Assembly: GCF_009914755.1 (NCBI RefSeq)
Contig: NC_060925.1
Strand: one strand, 5' to 3'
From: the human T2T-CHM13v2.0 reference genome, Homo sapiens
DNA: 64,000 bases
Position numbers and translations under genes: made by a program. Shown piece by piece: positions 14,571 to 27,909 of the stretch (position 1 is the first letter of the stretch; each line of letters begins with the position of its first letter). Below the pieces are notes generated by a model. That model saw nothing but the letters and a program-made list of their open reading frames with translations. It searched no databases and was not told where the DNA came from.

Positions 14571-17372
14571 TGTTTCCCTTCAATTTCCCTACGTTTAAAA
14601 AAAATCTGTAATGACAAAAACTAAAGTTTTCTTAAACATGCCATATTCCTCCAATAATATCTCCTTAGTCTTGGAAACTGTTCAGTATCTCTGGATCCTG
14701 AGTCTTTAGTGTCTGCTTTGATTCCCAAGAATTAAATGAAATTTTTTCCTAATTTATAAGATACTTTTGAATTCTTTTATAATTTTCTGAGGTACAATAA
14801 TCCCACCTATCTCGTGCTAGCTACCAAGTTAAGAAAGTCTACACTTCAATTTTTCTAAAAGAATGCCTAAACAGGCATGCAAGTATTCATAGCTCTGCAA
14901 TATTATTCTTGCAACCTCTGTATTTCAATAGTTTGCTAATTGTTTTATGATAATTTTTGTTTACCTATTAAATGATAAACCTCTAGATGTCAGAAGCCAA
15001 GCATCATACTTTTCTCATCCTCTACAACATCTAACAGATTATTGAACATCATAAGCATTAATGAATATTTGATGGCTTAGTCTTCTTACTCAGAATCAAA
15101 CTAATGACCAAAGCATGCTTGCACCCTCTCTAGCATGGTCTCCATGGTGTTCCCTAGCTGCAGCACCAATATTATTCCTCTTACTCTTGGGCTTCTCCCA
15201 CCAAATCATTTCATTGCCCATAGGATTAATTTAGACACCAGATGAAAATGGAAGAGCACAGAAATAAAAATATACCGTATGTAGTAGTACCCATAAAAGA
15301 TTAAATGAATAAATATCCATAAAATGAATTGGCATCATCTCAAAGCCTTACTGTGAAAGATTCATATAAACTTTACTTTTTGCAGTTATACAAGTTTCTG
15401 TATACATTTTCCCCTATGATATTGTAGTAGCGATAATATCATATTCCCAACTCACCAAAAGCTAAAACTCTCAGAGATGGTACATATATAAGAAACTAAT
15501 GAAACAAACTCTATTTTTCTCCCTCTGCATTACTCAAATTGAAAAAACATCCAGAGTTATCAAATCTTCTGTAAGACATACAGGTCTAGGCTTGTATAAC
15601 TGTGATTTCTGCTAACTGGCCACAGCCTAGTATTTTCACACTTTTTTTATACTAAATGGTTAGAACTGATCACTCCACCCGAAGCTGTCATGGAGAAATC
15701 TTCATTTAAAAATCTAAATAAGACATGCAGCAGCAGGGTTGAATTTTTAAAATATTATTCCATTTTTTGCATTTCAGTAAACTCTTGCAAATGTCACCTA
15801 TTTGCCTTTTAGTACAATTATACACACATAAATCCCTGTTTAGTAAAAAAAAAAAATGTATTCTATTTGTCACATATCATCAGTACATTTCTAGTCTAGA
15901 CAATTCTTTGGATAATTAACTGAATTTTTATAAGCACTTTAGGTTGCTCATCTAACTTGGGAAAAGCTGTTTACTCAAGTAAACTAAGCTGGGGTGGTGG
16001 GGAGAGACAAGGTAGGGAGGGAGTAACCACCAAGCTTTGCTAATAAATAGTTCTCAGAAATATCAGCTCCCAATTTACTACTTGTACACAATGGGCCAGT
16101 TGAAACTTGTATGGTGATCCAATTTGCCACAGCTCTTGTTTTTAGTCTTTGTGGAGCTGCTGTGTGAGCACAGTGGGGGCCACTCCTGTGTATCCCCTGA
16201 GTCAATCAGTGGGCTTTTGTTTCCTGCTGGTCAAAAATATCAGGTGGCTTCAAGAGTCTAATTATCAATGAAAAATTAAATTCAATACAGAAATGTAGCC
16301 ACAAGCACCACTCACCTCACCCTTTCTGAGCCCTCACCACCCCCAGGCATGTGATGAAGTATCAAGTCATTCCTTAGGATTCCAAAGAGATAGCAGAGAA
16401 AAAAAAGGCCCACACCTGGGGGAGAAGCAGAATAGATTTTTACTTGTATACCTTTCTCCTTTCTTGGTGGAGGACTATTCTAATTACCACAAAAGTTCTG
16501 GAAATTAGCAAACTATAAGGCGTTTTCTCTAATAATTGTTAAGCCAAGCTTATCTTAACATTGTACCATAACATCTTCTGGCCATAGTTCCCATCAGAAA
16601 TAGTATAAACAGAGAAATGAAAGAATATATATGTTATTATCAATAAACTTGATAATCCAAATAGGCCCTTTTTTAATGCACTGAAAGAGTTCTTACTTGC
16701 TCACTAATGTATATTCTTTTATCTCTACTGAGTTTATTCCAGGCATTTAGGAAAACACGAAGCTGGAAATGCTAGCAACTGCCACTTATTTCAGGCTTTC
16801 AAAGTAAGTACAGGTTCCTCACTTCACATTCTAAGTCAGAATAGAATTGGAAGCTGCCAAAGCCAAATATAATAGAGCTTTAGTTTTCTACACATGTGAT
16901 TCCCTTCTAATCCTTGTCTTTTTAAAAAATATATATGCTTCATTTATAAGTGGTCAACTAAGCTTATGGTGGGAGAAAAAAATCTACCGTCTTAAAATAT
17001 CCACCCTCATCAACGCTTCCCATTAGATACCTCCTCCAAAAAGTGAAATATTAAAGTTAAAACCAATCAAGGCAAGCTTTTTCGTGGTGCTCAAATACTT
17101 TAACCACAGTGTCAATGCACATGGTTTTTAAAACGTCAAAGTAAGTATTAGGGTTGATTCACAAATACTGTTGAAGTGTGAAGTGTTCTTCCATATGGTA
17201 TCCCTATACAGTCCCTAAGTATATCCCTATACTTTTGATATCTCTATATCAAAAGATGATATCAACCTTGGATTAAATGTCTCTAGAGATTATTTGATCA
17301 GACAATGCAATTTTCTCTATGAGTCTTGGATATATGTTAGGTAACAGCTTGAACTAGAAAGTGCTCCAGTGC

Positions 17373-17503
17373 AGAATGACGTGAACCCGGGAGGCGGAGC
17401 TTGCAGTGAGCCGAGATCGCGCCACTGCACTCCAGCCTGGGCGACAGAGCGAGACTCCGTCTCAAAAAAAAAAAAAAAAAAAAGAAAGAAAGAAAGAAAG
17501 AAA

Positions 17504-17546
<43 letters not shown>
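17373..17546 (+). mobile_element. 5'-truncated AluY with A/(GAAA)n tail
   Basis: agaatgacgtgaacccgggaggcggagcttgcagtgagccgagatcgcgcc; (GAAA)n to 17546. Confidence 0.9.
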
Positions 17547-17547
<1 letters not shown>

Positions 17548-20500
17548 CCTCCAATGCTCCAAAACCCTTAGGAAACCAATTATACAATTGTCTGATCCTA
17601 TTTTAAGGATCACAAAGACTCAAAGACCGAATTATAGCCAAACTTGTCCAAAGGCACTCTGGGAACTCAATAGAAAAACATAATAAGTAAAGAAGCATCC
17701 TCAAGACCAGAGAAAGGCAGAAGAGGGGGTAAATAGTAAAGGTAAATTTATAATGAATTATGAATTATATTTTTAATGTTTTAAATAAGACTTTCTATCT
17801 TTTGCAAGTATGAGTATTCAAAGACATAAAAGATAAACCTATTTTGTTCTCCTGCCACTTTTAAAAGAGAGATATTTACTGTATACTGAGGAATATGTTA
17901 TTATCATTATTCACTAGAATTTTAAGTAATTTTATATTATATAGTTAAGGAATAGGTTATTTTTGAACATGGCATTTTCAATAGAGAAGAGCAGTTGTTT
18001 GACATTCTTTGGCTTTTACACATTTATGTGAATTTTGCTAATTTATTTTATCTTAACACCCAAGACACAATATACATGTGCATAACAGCACCACATCAGA
18101 AACAGTTATTGAACAAGGATCACTCTTTATAAATGAACACAAGGTAAAATCCTAACAATTAAAAATAATAAAATACTAATAACAGCTAGGTAAAGGGTTT
18201 TTTTCAATGTACTTTAAACCTACAACAAGCAAAGACATATGAAAGACTGTGTTTCTGTATTCATACATCTTTGTTGAAATTAGCTTGACTAAACACCTAC
18301 AAGTAAATTTTTTATCACATTCATTCTCTTAGATTTTACTGAGTAAAATCAGCTTTTTACTATGAAAATGTAGCTGGCTGCACAAAATACCATCATTTTC
18401 CTTTTAATAGATTCTGCATTGTCTACATAGTTTTTTAATGCTGTTTTATCTAAAATTTTAAAAATATACACACAATACACACCCCAATACAGTTAACATT
18501 AAGACAAAAGTTTAGCAACATAAATGGAAGATTTTCAACATGTATAAGGTAACAGTAAACATTTTATGCAAATGCACTTCAGATTTTCTGTTCTTCTTGA
18601 TACACCCCACCCAGAACCTTCTAAAAATGAAGCTGTCCATGCTATTTAAAGTTGCATTATGCATTTTATATTATAAATTATTAAAGGACTTAATGGACAA
18701 TGTGCTAGAAAGAAAACAGGCAAATTACAGAATAATTTAACATTGCAAAGAAACAGAGTAACTTGCAGGACATTAAACACTCTATTTTGACATAGAATGC
18801 CTGAAGCTAAAGCAATTAAAGCTGCAAAATATTGCTGGCTGACATGATGTGTATGTAAATTTGTCATTCATTGGCAAAGGTTTGTACCAATCACTGGGAA
18901 TGTTCACAGTAAAACAATCCATGTAGTATAAAATGCTTTTAGTGAAGTCCTCTAAAAAAGTAGTTATGTATCATTTACGTATCTAATCATTATCCATAGT
19001 AAATTTTTGGTTTAATAAAAGAGTCCTCTATGGAAATGGCCTTAAGATTGAGGATGAGTTCTTGACATATTATTTATATCTGTTCATTTCTTAAAGGGAA
19101 AATATCATTTTAACATACATCACAACTGGAAAAGAAAATACAAGCCAGAAATTGACATTTTATTTAATTTGGTTATGTTTTTCCCTAGGACTCCAAAAGA
19201 AGGCCTGTCTTTGAGTATTGTATCTAACTCTACTCTAGAAATAGAGTCTAACAGAGCCATACTGAATTCTAGCCATTTATCCCAGCTTAGAATTAGTGTT
19301 ATTCTCCCACAGGAGGTAGAAGGGAAAAAAAAACACAATAATCCCCCAAATGTACTGTTGCTATGGAAGAGAAGGAGATGCCTGCTGAGATTGAAAGTCA
19401 CAAAATATTTGGGCAGTTGAGAAAACGTAGGCCAAACCTCCATTGCCAAAGCCTGAAGACTGTCTTTGCCAGGACTCCTGGGTCATTTGGCACTGCAGAG
19501 ATACGCTGGACAGAACCCTAGAAGAAGCTATAAGGAAACAAGACACATTTTAATATTCATTTATCAAAGCTCTTCAATTATCCTTTCAAATTAGATGAGC
19601 CAACAGTAAACTCGGAACCAAGAGAACATTCTAATAAATACTAAAATGACTTCATAATAGAAAAAATAGTCAAAATAGTTGGTGAATTACATTTCTTTGA
19701 CATTTCACCAATGAGTTTAATTAAACTTTCCCAAAGCCTAGGAGCAGGAGAACATCCTTCTCTCTCTCTTTTGGAAAAGATCTGGCTCATAAAATTTCAC
19801 AGCTCCAATTTCCCTCTCTAAGGCTGTATATTCACTGTTCTTGACTGTTTTAGAAATTATATCAAGGATTAATCACTAACCATATGTTTTGGAGAAAATC
19901 ATCACGAACCACAGGCTCCATTTGGTAAATAAGAAGCTATACAGGAGACTCCAGCCTGCCATCATTTAATGTTATGCATAAACACTGTATTGATAATCCA
20001 AACCAATCATCCTTAAACACCATTTCTAAACTAAATTAATTACACATTTAAATTTATATATAAGCACATACAGTACTAATAATGAAAAAATATCCGTATC
20101 CCAGAGTTTAATGATTCTGACAGTGTGTAATCTGCAAAATAAGAATATTGGCTTGTGGGAGCTCCATAAATGTTTATCGAGCATCTCTGATAGGAATTGT
20201 AGGAATTTTTTAACGTGTAGTATATGTCCTCAAAAAGCATATAGTCTAAGGAGAAAAATAGGTAATCAAACATCACACACAGAAGAATGGCAAAAGTACT
20301 AAACAGACGTATAACAGATAAAAGAAGAGAGAAGAAGTAGGAGGAAGAGAGAGGGAGAAAATTAAAGAAAAAAAAAGAAAAGTCACTGACAAACAGGATG
20401 AAAAGTGATAGAATGGCCCGAAAACCTGGCTCAAGTGTCACCTGGTGTATTTATGCAGTAATCTATCTAGCCACACTCTCACTATCCACAATTAACAATT

Positions 20501-22244
20501 TCACAAGGTTTTAAGAAATAAATACCTCTCCAGGATGTCCATGTAAATAAATGTTTCAGGATCTGCTTCATTGCTGGAGTTATGATAACTTAGAAAAGAA
20601 ACAGATAGTCTTAAAGTTTATATGCCAGCAACACGATTTCTAAGTTGAAAAGATGAGCGCACATTTCAAAGTTTCACAAACAATAAATATGAATCATAGC
20701 ATTGCTATACAGTGTGAATAGATTTCAGATCTCTGAGAAAAGAACCAAAATAATTCTAAAATTATCTCCACCTCTGGACAATAATAACCAGTGGTCTTTT
20801 TTTAATCTACAAGTTTAAAACATATTTTAATGTTGTTTCTCCTAAGCCTTAACACAGTAAAAGAAAGTTGAAACATAGTCTTCCTTGTGATAAACATGTA
20901 GTATCTGTGAAGCACAACATTAATCCCATTTGTACCATAAAAAGTATGATCCACTTGAGCCTTGCTCTCCTGTGAATTATGAATCATTGTAATACTCGGG
21001 GGATAGTCATCACATCTCTAAGGTTCCTGCTTTGTTCCTACAATGTTTTTCCTCGGATATCTAAAGTATCTAGGAAATTTGAAATCCCCATATGAAATAT
21101 CTTAACATATTCTTTCAACATACATTCCACCCTTTCCATACCACAAATTATGTAGCACAAGAGAACCAGATTCACCAAATAAAGTGATAGTAGGTGTATC
21201 TTATTCTTTGGAAGAAAAGGCTACTTATTACAGTCATATTCCTTTGGTAAGTAGCTAAAATATCCAATTAATAGGGTTTAACCATCAGACAGAATTTGTT
21301 TTTAGAATAATGAAAATGTGTTGTCATTACATTGTTATTCCCTTGAGTGTATTTTTTTGAGATGTGACTCATTATAACTTATTTTAGCTGTTCTGTTTTC
21401 TAATTCTTCATGTTTTCACATCTTTTACAACAAAATAATAATACATAAATAATACCTGACAAGATTTTACAGATTTTTCTCTATCAGTATGCTTTTCTTC
21501 TCCAAGCATCTTAAAACATGGGTGTGGTAAAATACAAAGAATGTGAATGTTAGCATCCTTACAAGAAAAAGCATCAATTTTCTCTCTTCTGCTACACACA
21601 TTGCAGAGTACAGTTAACAATGCATTAAGTAATTTTGAACCCAAACATCATGCCAAATAGTTCTAGTGAAACCTAGTTCCTAAATGTAGCTTCATTTTGA
21701 AAGTCACTGTTTTTATTAACAGTGTCTTCCAACAGCCTTATCTCAATAGTACCACTATTAACCATGAAATTTAGCTGCTTCTGTTTACTCTTTGAATTAT
21801 ACCTATTAAATTGCCAACTCAATTTATTTTCCCAGTTGTCATTAGCCCGTTAATAATATTGTTAATAAGCTAAAATGTCTCTCTATTCCTTTTCTTAGCT
21901 TCTGTAGCTGCCTGAATTTACTTACTAATACAATTTAGAATATAGGATCCAATAAAAAGTGGAGTCAGTTCCTGACATCTGCCTTCACTTCCATTCTTAT
22001 TAAAGAGACACATTTCTAGAAAAGGGTTGGGAGTATTGCTTGCATTTCTCTTTTTGCTACACATAATCAGCAACAACAAAATAGTCTAGTGACTATTTTG
22101 ACATAGCTACTTCAGATCTATGAAAAAAGGATGTTTTAATTAAAATGTAGGCCAGTGGCACAACTAATTCAAGAATTAGTTGATGTCACATAATTAATTC
22201 AATTTTACCAGATACTATTCTTATCATTGAAATATATAAAATAA

Positions 22245-22550
<306 letters not shown>

Positions 22551-22946
22551 GAAATATATAAGATAGCCAAAAACCAATTGAAAATTAAAATTAATTTTTA
22601 AACAATTTTTATTATATCACAACTATAGTCAACAGTGATAACAAATATATATTGTGCCCTTAGGATCTTCAAGTTAATATGCCAAGTATTTGAAATACCA
22701 TGAAAGATCAGACATGGTTCTTTCCATCAGGGAATCTATATTGACTTACAAACATCACTTGGATATGCTGTTTTTAATTAAGCAATGACTTCATATTCAA
22801 TTACATAAAGTTTAAGTACTTATGTTATACTAGGCACTGACCCAGGGATTAGGGACAAAAAGATATATCTATCACATATTGAGGATAATGTTAAATATTA
22901 ATTCACTAGTTATGATCAGGAAGTATGCATAGATAAATGTTCTTGA

Positions 22947-23300
<354 letters not shown>

Positions 23301-23309
23301 TGATGATAC

Positions 23310-23558
23310 TTTTTTGTTCATAGCTCACTGAAACCTCAAAACCTGGGCTCAAGCGATTAATCCTCCTGCCTCAGCCTCCCAGTAGCTAGTACTACTAGTA
23401 CTATGGGTGCAAGGTTTTTTTGTGTGTTTGTTTGTTTTTATAGAAACAGGGTCTTTCTATGTTGCCCAGGCTGGTCTCAAACTCCTGGCCGCAAGAAATC
23501 CTCCACTTTGGCTGCTCAAAGTGCTGAGATTACAGGCATGAACTGCTGCCCCCAGCTG
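23310..23558 (-). mobile_element. Partial, diverged AluJ
   Basis: gctcactgaaacctc...gttgcccaggctggtctcaaactcctgg...gattacaggcatga. Confidence 0.8.
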
Positions 23559-23601
23559 ACACTTTCTTTAATTAATAAGTAGACTTTGAGTGTTTTATTT
23601 C

Positions 23602-23878
23602 TTTTCTTTTTTTTCTACTTTGTCACCCAGGCTGGAGAGCAGTGGTGCAATCACAGCTCACTGCAGCCTCGACCTCCCAGGCTCAAGCGATCCTCCCACC
23701 TGAACTTCCTAACTGGGACTACAGGCATGTGCCACCATACCTGGCTTAGTTTGGGATTTTTTGTAGAGATGGGGTTTCACCACGTTGCCTAGGCTGGTCT
23801 CGAACTCCTGAGCTCAAGCAATCCACCAACTTTGGCCTTCCAAGTGCTGGGATTACAGGTGTGAGTGACCATGCCTGG
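23602..23878 (-). mobile_element. AluJ-like element
   Basis: Reverse Alu with 14-bp TSD gagtgttttatttc. Confidence 0.88.
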
Positions 23879-26800
23879 AGAGTGTTTTATTTCATTATTC
23901 CCTGAGCAATCCACAAGGAACATTTCTCATCTTGCTAAGGAAAACTACCACTATGTACTTTCAAACATAAAGACCAATATCTCTCATCCTAGAATGAGAT
24001 TAAAAAGAAAACCTCAAGAGTAAAGCTATCAGCTGAAAAACTTGTTGAGATAAATGTTATGTGCATACTGTGTATTCATGGTAATACAGAGGAAAGCTTT
24101 TCTTAATGAGGAAGAATTCAAAGTTTTACAACACTAATGTTGAGATATAGAGGACCCCTAAAATGCTGTCACAGTTAACTGCAATAGATGCTATTAAGCT
24201 AATTTTTTGAAATCTGAAATTCATACGGTACTGGCGCAGATTCTCACCATGTAGCAGATAATGTTTTCTCTTACACAGATTCACTTTCATGTAGCTATAA
24301 AAGGGCTGATCTTAGTAGACTGCAAACCAATCACAGCACTTCACTCTGGGGAATATAGAATAAAGAGGGTGAGAGATCACTAATTACAGTTGCCAATATT
24401 TTCTATAGATGTGGCCAAGTCACCATGTAAGAAGTGGTAGTATATGTAAGAAGCAGGAATATATGTCTTTCGTAATACTGACATTACAAATATATGAAGT
24501 TAAGGTATCTCACAAATGCAAGTCCTTCAAAAATCTGCTCTCTCTATATATTGCCCTATACTAATATATTCTTAGACCAAGCCTGAGAGAGAAATTCCAA
24601 CATCCACTGCATTGTTGGACAACAAGGAGGCTTCTAGTGAAAGATAGCATCTTTTTATAAAAAGAAATAAAAAAGAAGGTATGATATGTGTTATATTTCC
24701 AGATTTCAACTAAATAAATATTAGTGGTTCTATCTTTTGATTGATGAGAAACTATATAATAATGGATTTCTATCTGCAGAACAAGTTGAGCCAAAGAAAA
24801 GTAGGGAAAGGGGTCAGTAAAGTTGGTGCTGAGGGACAAGACTAAACACTATTTTTATAGGTCAGTGGTTCCAAGTTTGTTTCTAAGGGCTGATGTATGT
24901 TGTTTTGAAGAACATCATTTGATCCTCAATATAGTCCAAGTCACAGAAAAATAATTTTATTATATCATGGCCTAACTGTACAACAATATGAGAAATCAAA
25001 ACAAATTTATATTAAACTTTATTCAATTGAAGGGGGTATGTTAAATACATAGATTTGTGTCTTTTCTAAACACTTATTATTCATATCAAGAATATCAGGG
25101 CAACGCGTTAAGAATGATTGCGAATCTTACAAGCCGTATAAAAAGAATTCTATAATGAAAAAAATCCCTAATCTCCAAAAACCAAATATATTTAAATGTA
25201 TATTTCTTACCATTTCTAACAGAAGCATCTGGAGCCAGAAGAACTTACATAGAAGTAGAGGGTTTTTTGTTTGTTTCGTTTTGTTTTTAACATCATAGCA
25301 TTATTTCCCTTTGGCTTGTAAAGCCTAAGGTATTATCTTCTTGTGATGCTGATATTGGGAAGTAAAGAAATATTTACATTATGGGCTCTGTGATATAATG
25401 AAAGATATGTACTCTATATTACAAAACAGAGGAACCATGATTTAATCTTTCCCACAACTCAAACCATGTTAGAGAGTGTGCCTCTTAATGGGTTTTTATT
25501 ATGTTTTGTTCCATAAAGCATTTCTATTCATGATAGTGATAAACCAATATTTCAGCATTGTTTCTATAAGTCCAAATAGACTTTTCAAATCAGAATTCCA
25601 TGCAGAAATCAGTCCCAAAGGATTACAACATTTTTAAACATTTAAAAGAGCTATGAAATGTTCTTGGACACTGAAATCCTTTACATGCATCAGGGCATCA
25701 AATAGATATTTATACAAGATAATAAGGGTAAGTGCAGACACACAAATCAGTACAAATTTATCTATATGGATAAAGAGATGCTTCTGTTTGCATATGGATA
25801 TTCATGAAAATTAGAGGGAAAAAGTCAAAACTAAATAAATATTTAATATTTCAGCACCTGTCATATAGTTTTTTGTATGTGTGTGCTTTACTACTATGGA
25901 CTAGCAGTAGTACTGCTACTCTAACCAACTTCATTAAAGAATAAAAGAAAAGTAATAAGTCATTTCACACTCTGTCTGACCATTATACAATAATAGCAAG
26001 ATTTCATGCAAGGGTACAACATTATGCCCATCTGCAATCACAGTCTCTTTGCAAAAATCTCAATTCACACTTCACATGCAGCTAACCTTGTTACCATCCC
26101 TTCCTAAATCCATCAGTGTTGCAGCTGCACGTCTTCACAGCCCAACATCTTAAAATTCATCACTTTGGCACCTTAGCATCACTATAGGTCAAGATAAAGA
26201 ATCCAACCAAGAATAATTAAAGGGCACCCAGATGTTTAGTTTACTTATCTCAAGCCTTTCCTTTAATATATTTGAATTGCCTGTGTGTACTATTTCTTTC
26301 ATATTTTTAAGATATGTGCAGTGTGATTATTTTAAGGGTATGAGACCTGGAACAATACATTTCAGACTTTTTTTTTACAAGTAGAGTTCTTTGTAGTTGA
26401 AATTTGAACAAGAGGCGTGATAATGAGTAGGTTGAGGGAAGGAAAGGTGTTATCTCATTAAGGTAATTACTAAGACATCCCCACTATTATATCAGTTTGA
26501 AAATGTGGCAATTAAAGCGCCCTACATGGGCTCCTGGAGACAAGAGAACAAGACAGTTCTCTTGGAACTTCTGTAGTACGGTTAATGTGTGTCATGTAAA
26601 TGAAAGGGTAGACTATTGCTATTTAATTCTTTTCCTCAAACCCCCTACCCTCACCCTCAAATTTCTTTGTCAGTTATGGTTCTTTTTTTTTTTCTTTAAC
26701 CTGAATTTAGCTCTCATGAAAGGTGCTAGATTGACAACCCCCAGAAGCTAGAGCCCTCTACTTACCCACAGAATAGTTGGAGCACAGAAAACAACAGGGT

Positions 26801-27209
26801 AAGCTTGGCAGGCAACATGCTACCAACCTAAGTCAAAAGAGATCTGACCTTCCTTCCCACTCTTTAGTCAGGCAAGTCTCTTGCTCTGATGAGAAGGCTG
26901 TCAAATTGATACCCGAAGTAAGGAAGCCTTAAAATACACGTAAGAAAAATGGTAAATGATGTTCGTAGCTTACTTCACTACAACCTATACAGGGTAACTC
27001 AGGTGGTAACTCAATTTACACAATTCAGTGAAACCACTACCTTTGGTCACTAATTCATTTGGTCACTAATTCATTTCCCCTCCTGAGCTGGTCATCTTGC
27101 TCTTGCTCTTTCTTTGCTTCCACTCAAGATCAATAGTAATGTGATATACCAAATAACACACAGAAACCATTCTCAAAAATCTTGCTTTCATGGTCATTGA
27201 AATATTATT

Positions 27210-27366
27210 TTAAAATACAAAAATTAGTTGAGCATGGTGGCACACACCTAGAGCCCCAGCTACTCGGGGGGGCTGGAGTAAGAGGATCACTTGAGCCCAG
27301 GAGGTTGAGGCTGCAGTGAGCCACGATCCCACACCACACTCAAACCTGGGCAACAGGATGAGACCT

Positions 27367-27370
<4 letters not shown>
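27210..27370 (+). mobile_element. Alu right monomer (AluJ-like)
   Basis: aaaatacaaaaattag...gaccttgtctc. Confidence 0.85.
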
Positions 27371-27443
<73 letters not shown>

Positions 27444-27500
27444 TATACATATACATGTATATATATTACACATATAAATGTATAATATATATACATGTAT
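27367..27500. repeat. Compound (TC)n(TA)n microsatellite
   Basis: Read directly. Confidence 0.95.
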
Positions 27501-27557
27501 AATTTAACTCAAAATTTAAAAAAGAAAATAAATGTCCAGCAATGGAAGGATGGTTGA

Positions 27558-27909
<352 letters not shown>

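Noticed and set aside
19169-19560. Possible exon after ttttccctag (19189) with overlapping short ORFs
   Set aside because: No convincing donor or protein similarity; cannot be supported without RNA data.
27042-27076. 16-bp tandem duplication tttggtcactaattca x2
   Set aside because: Ordinary slippage duplication; no spacers, not CRISPR-like.
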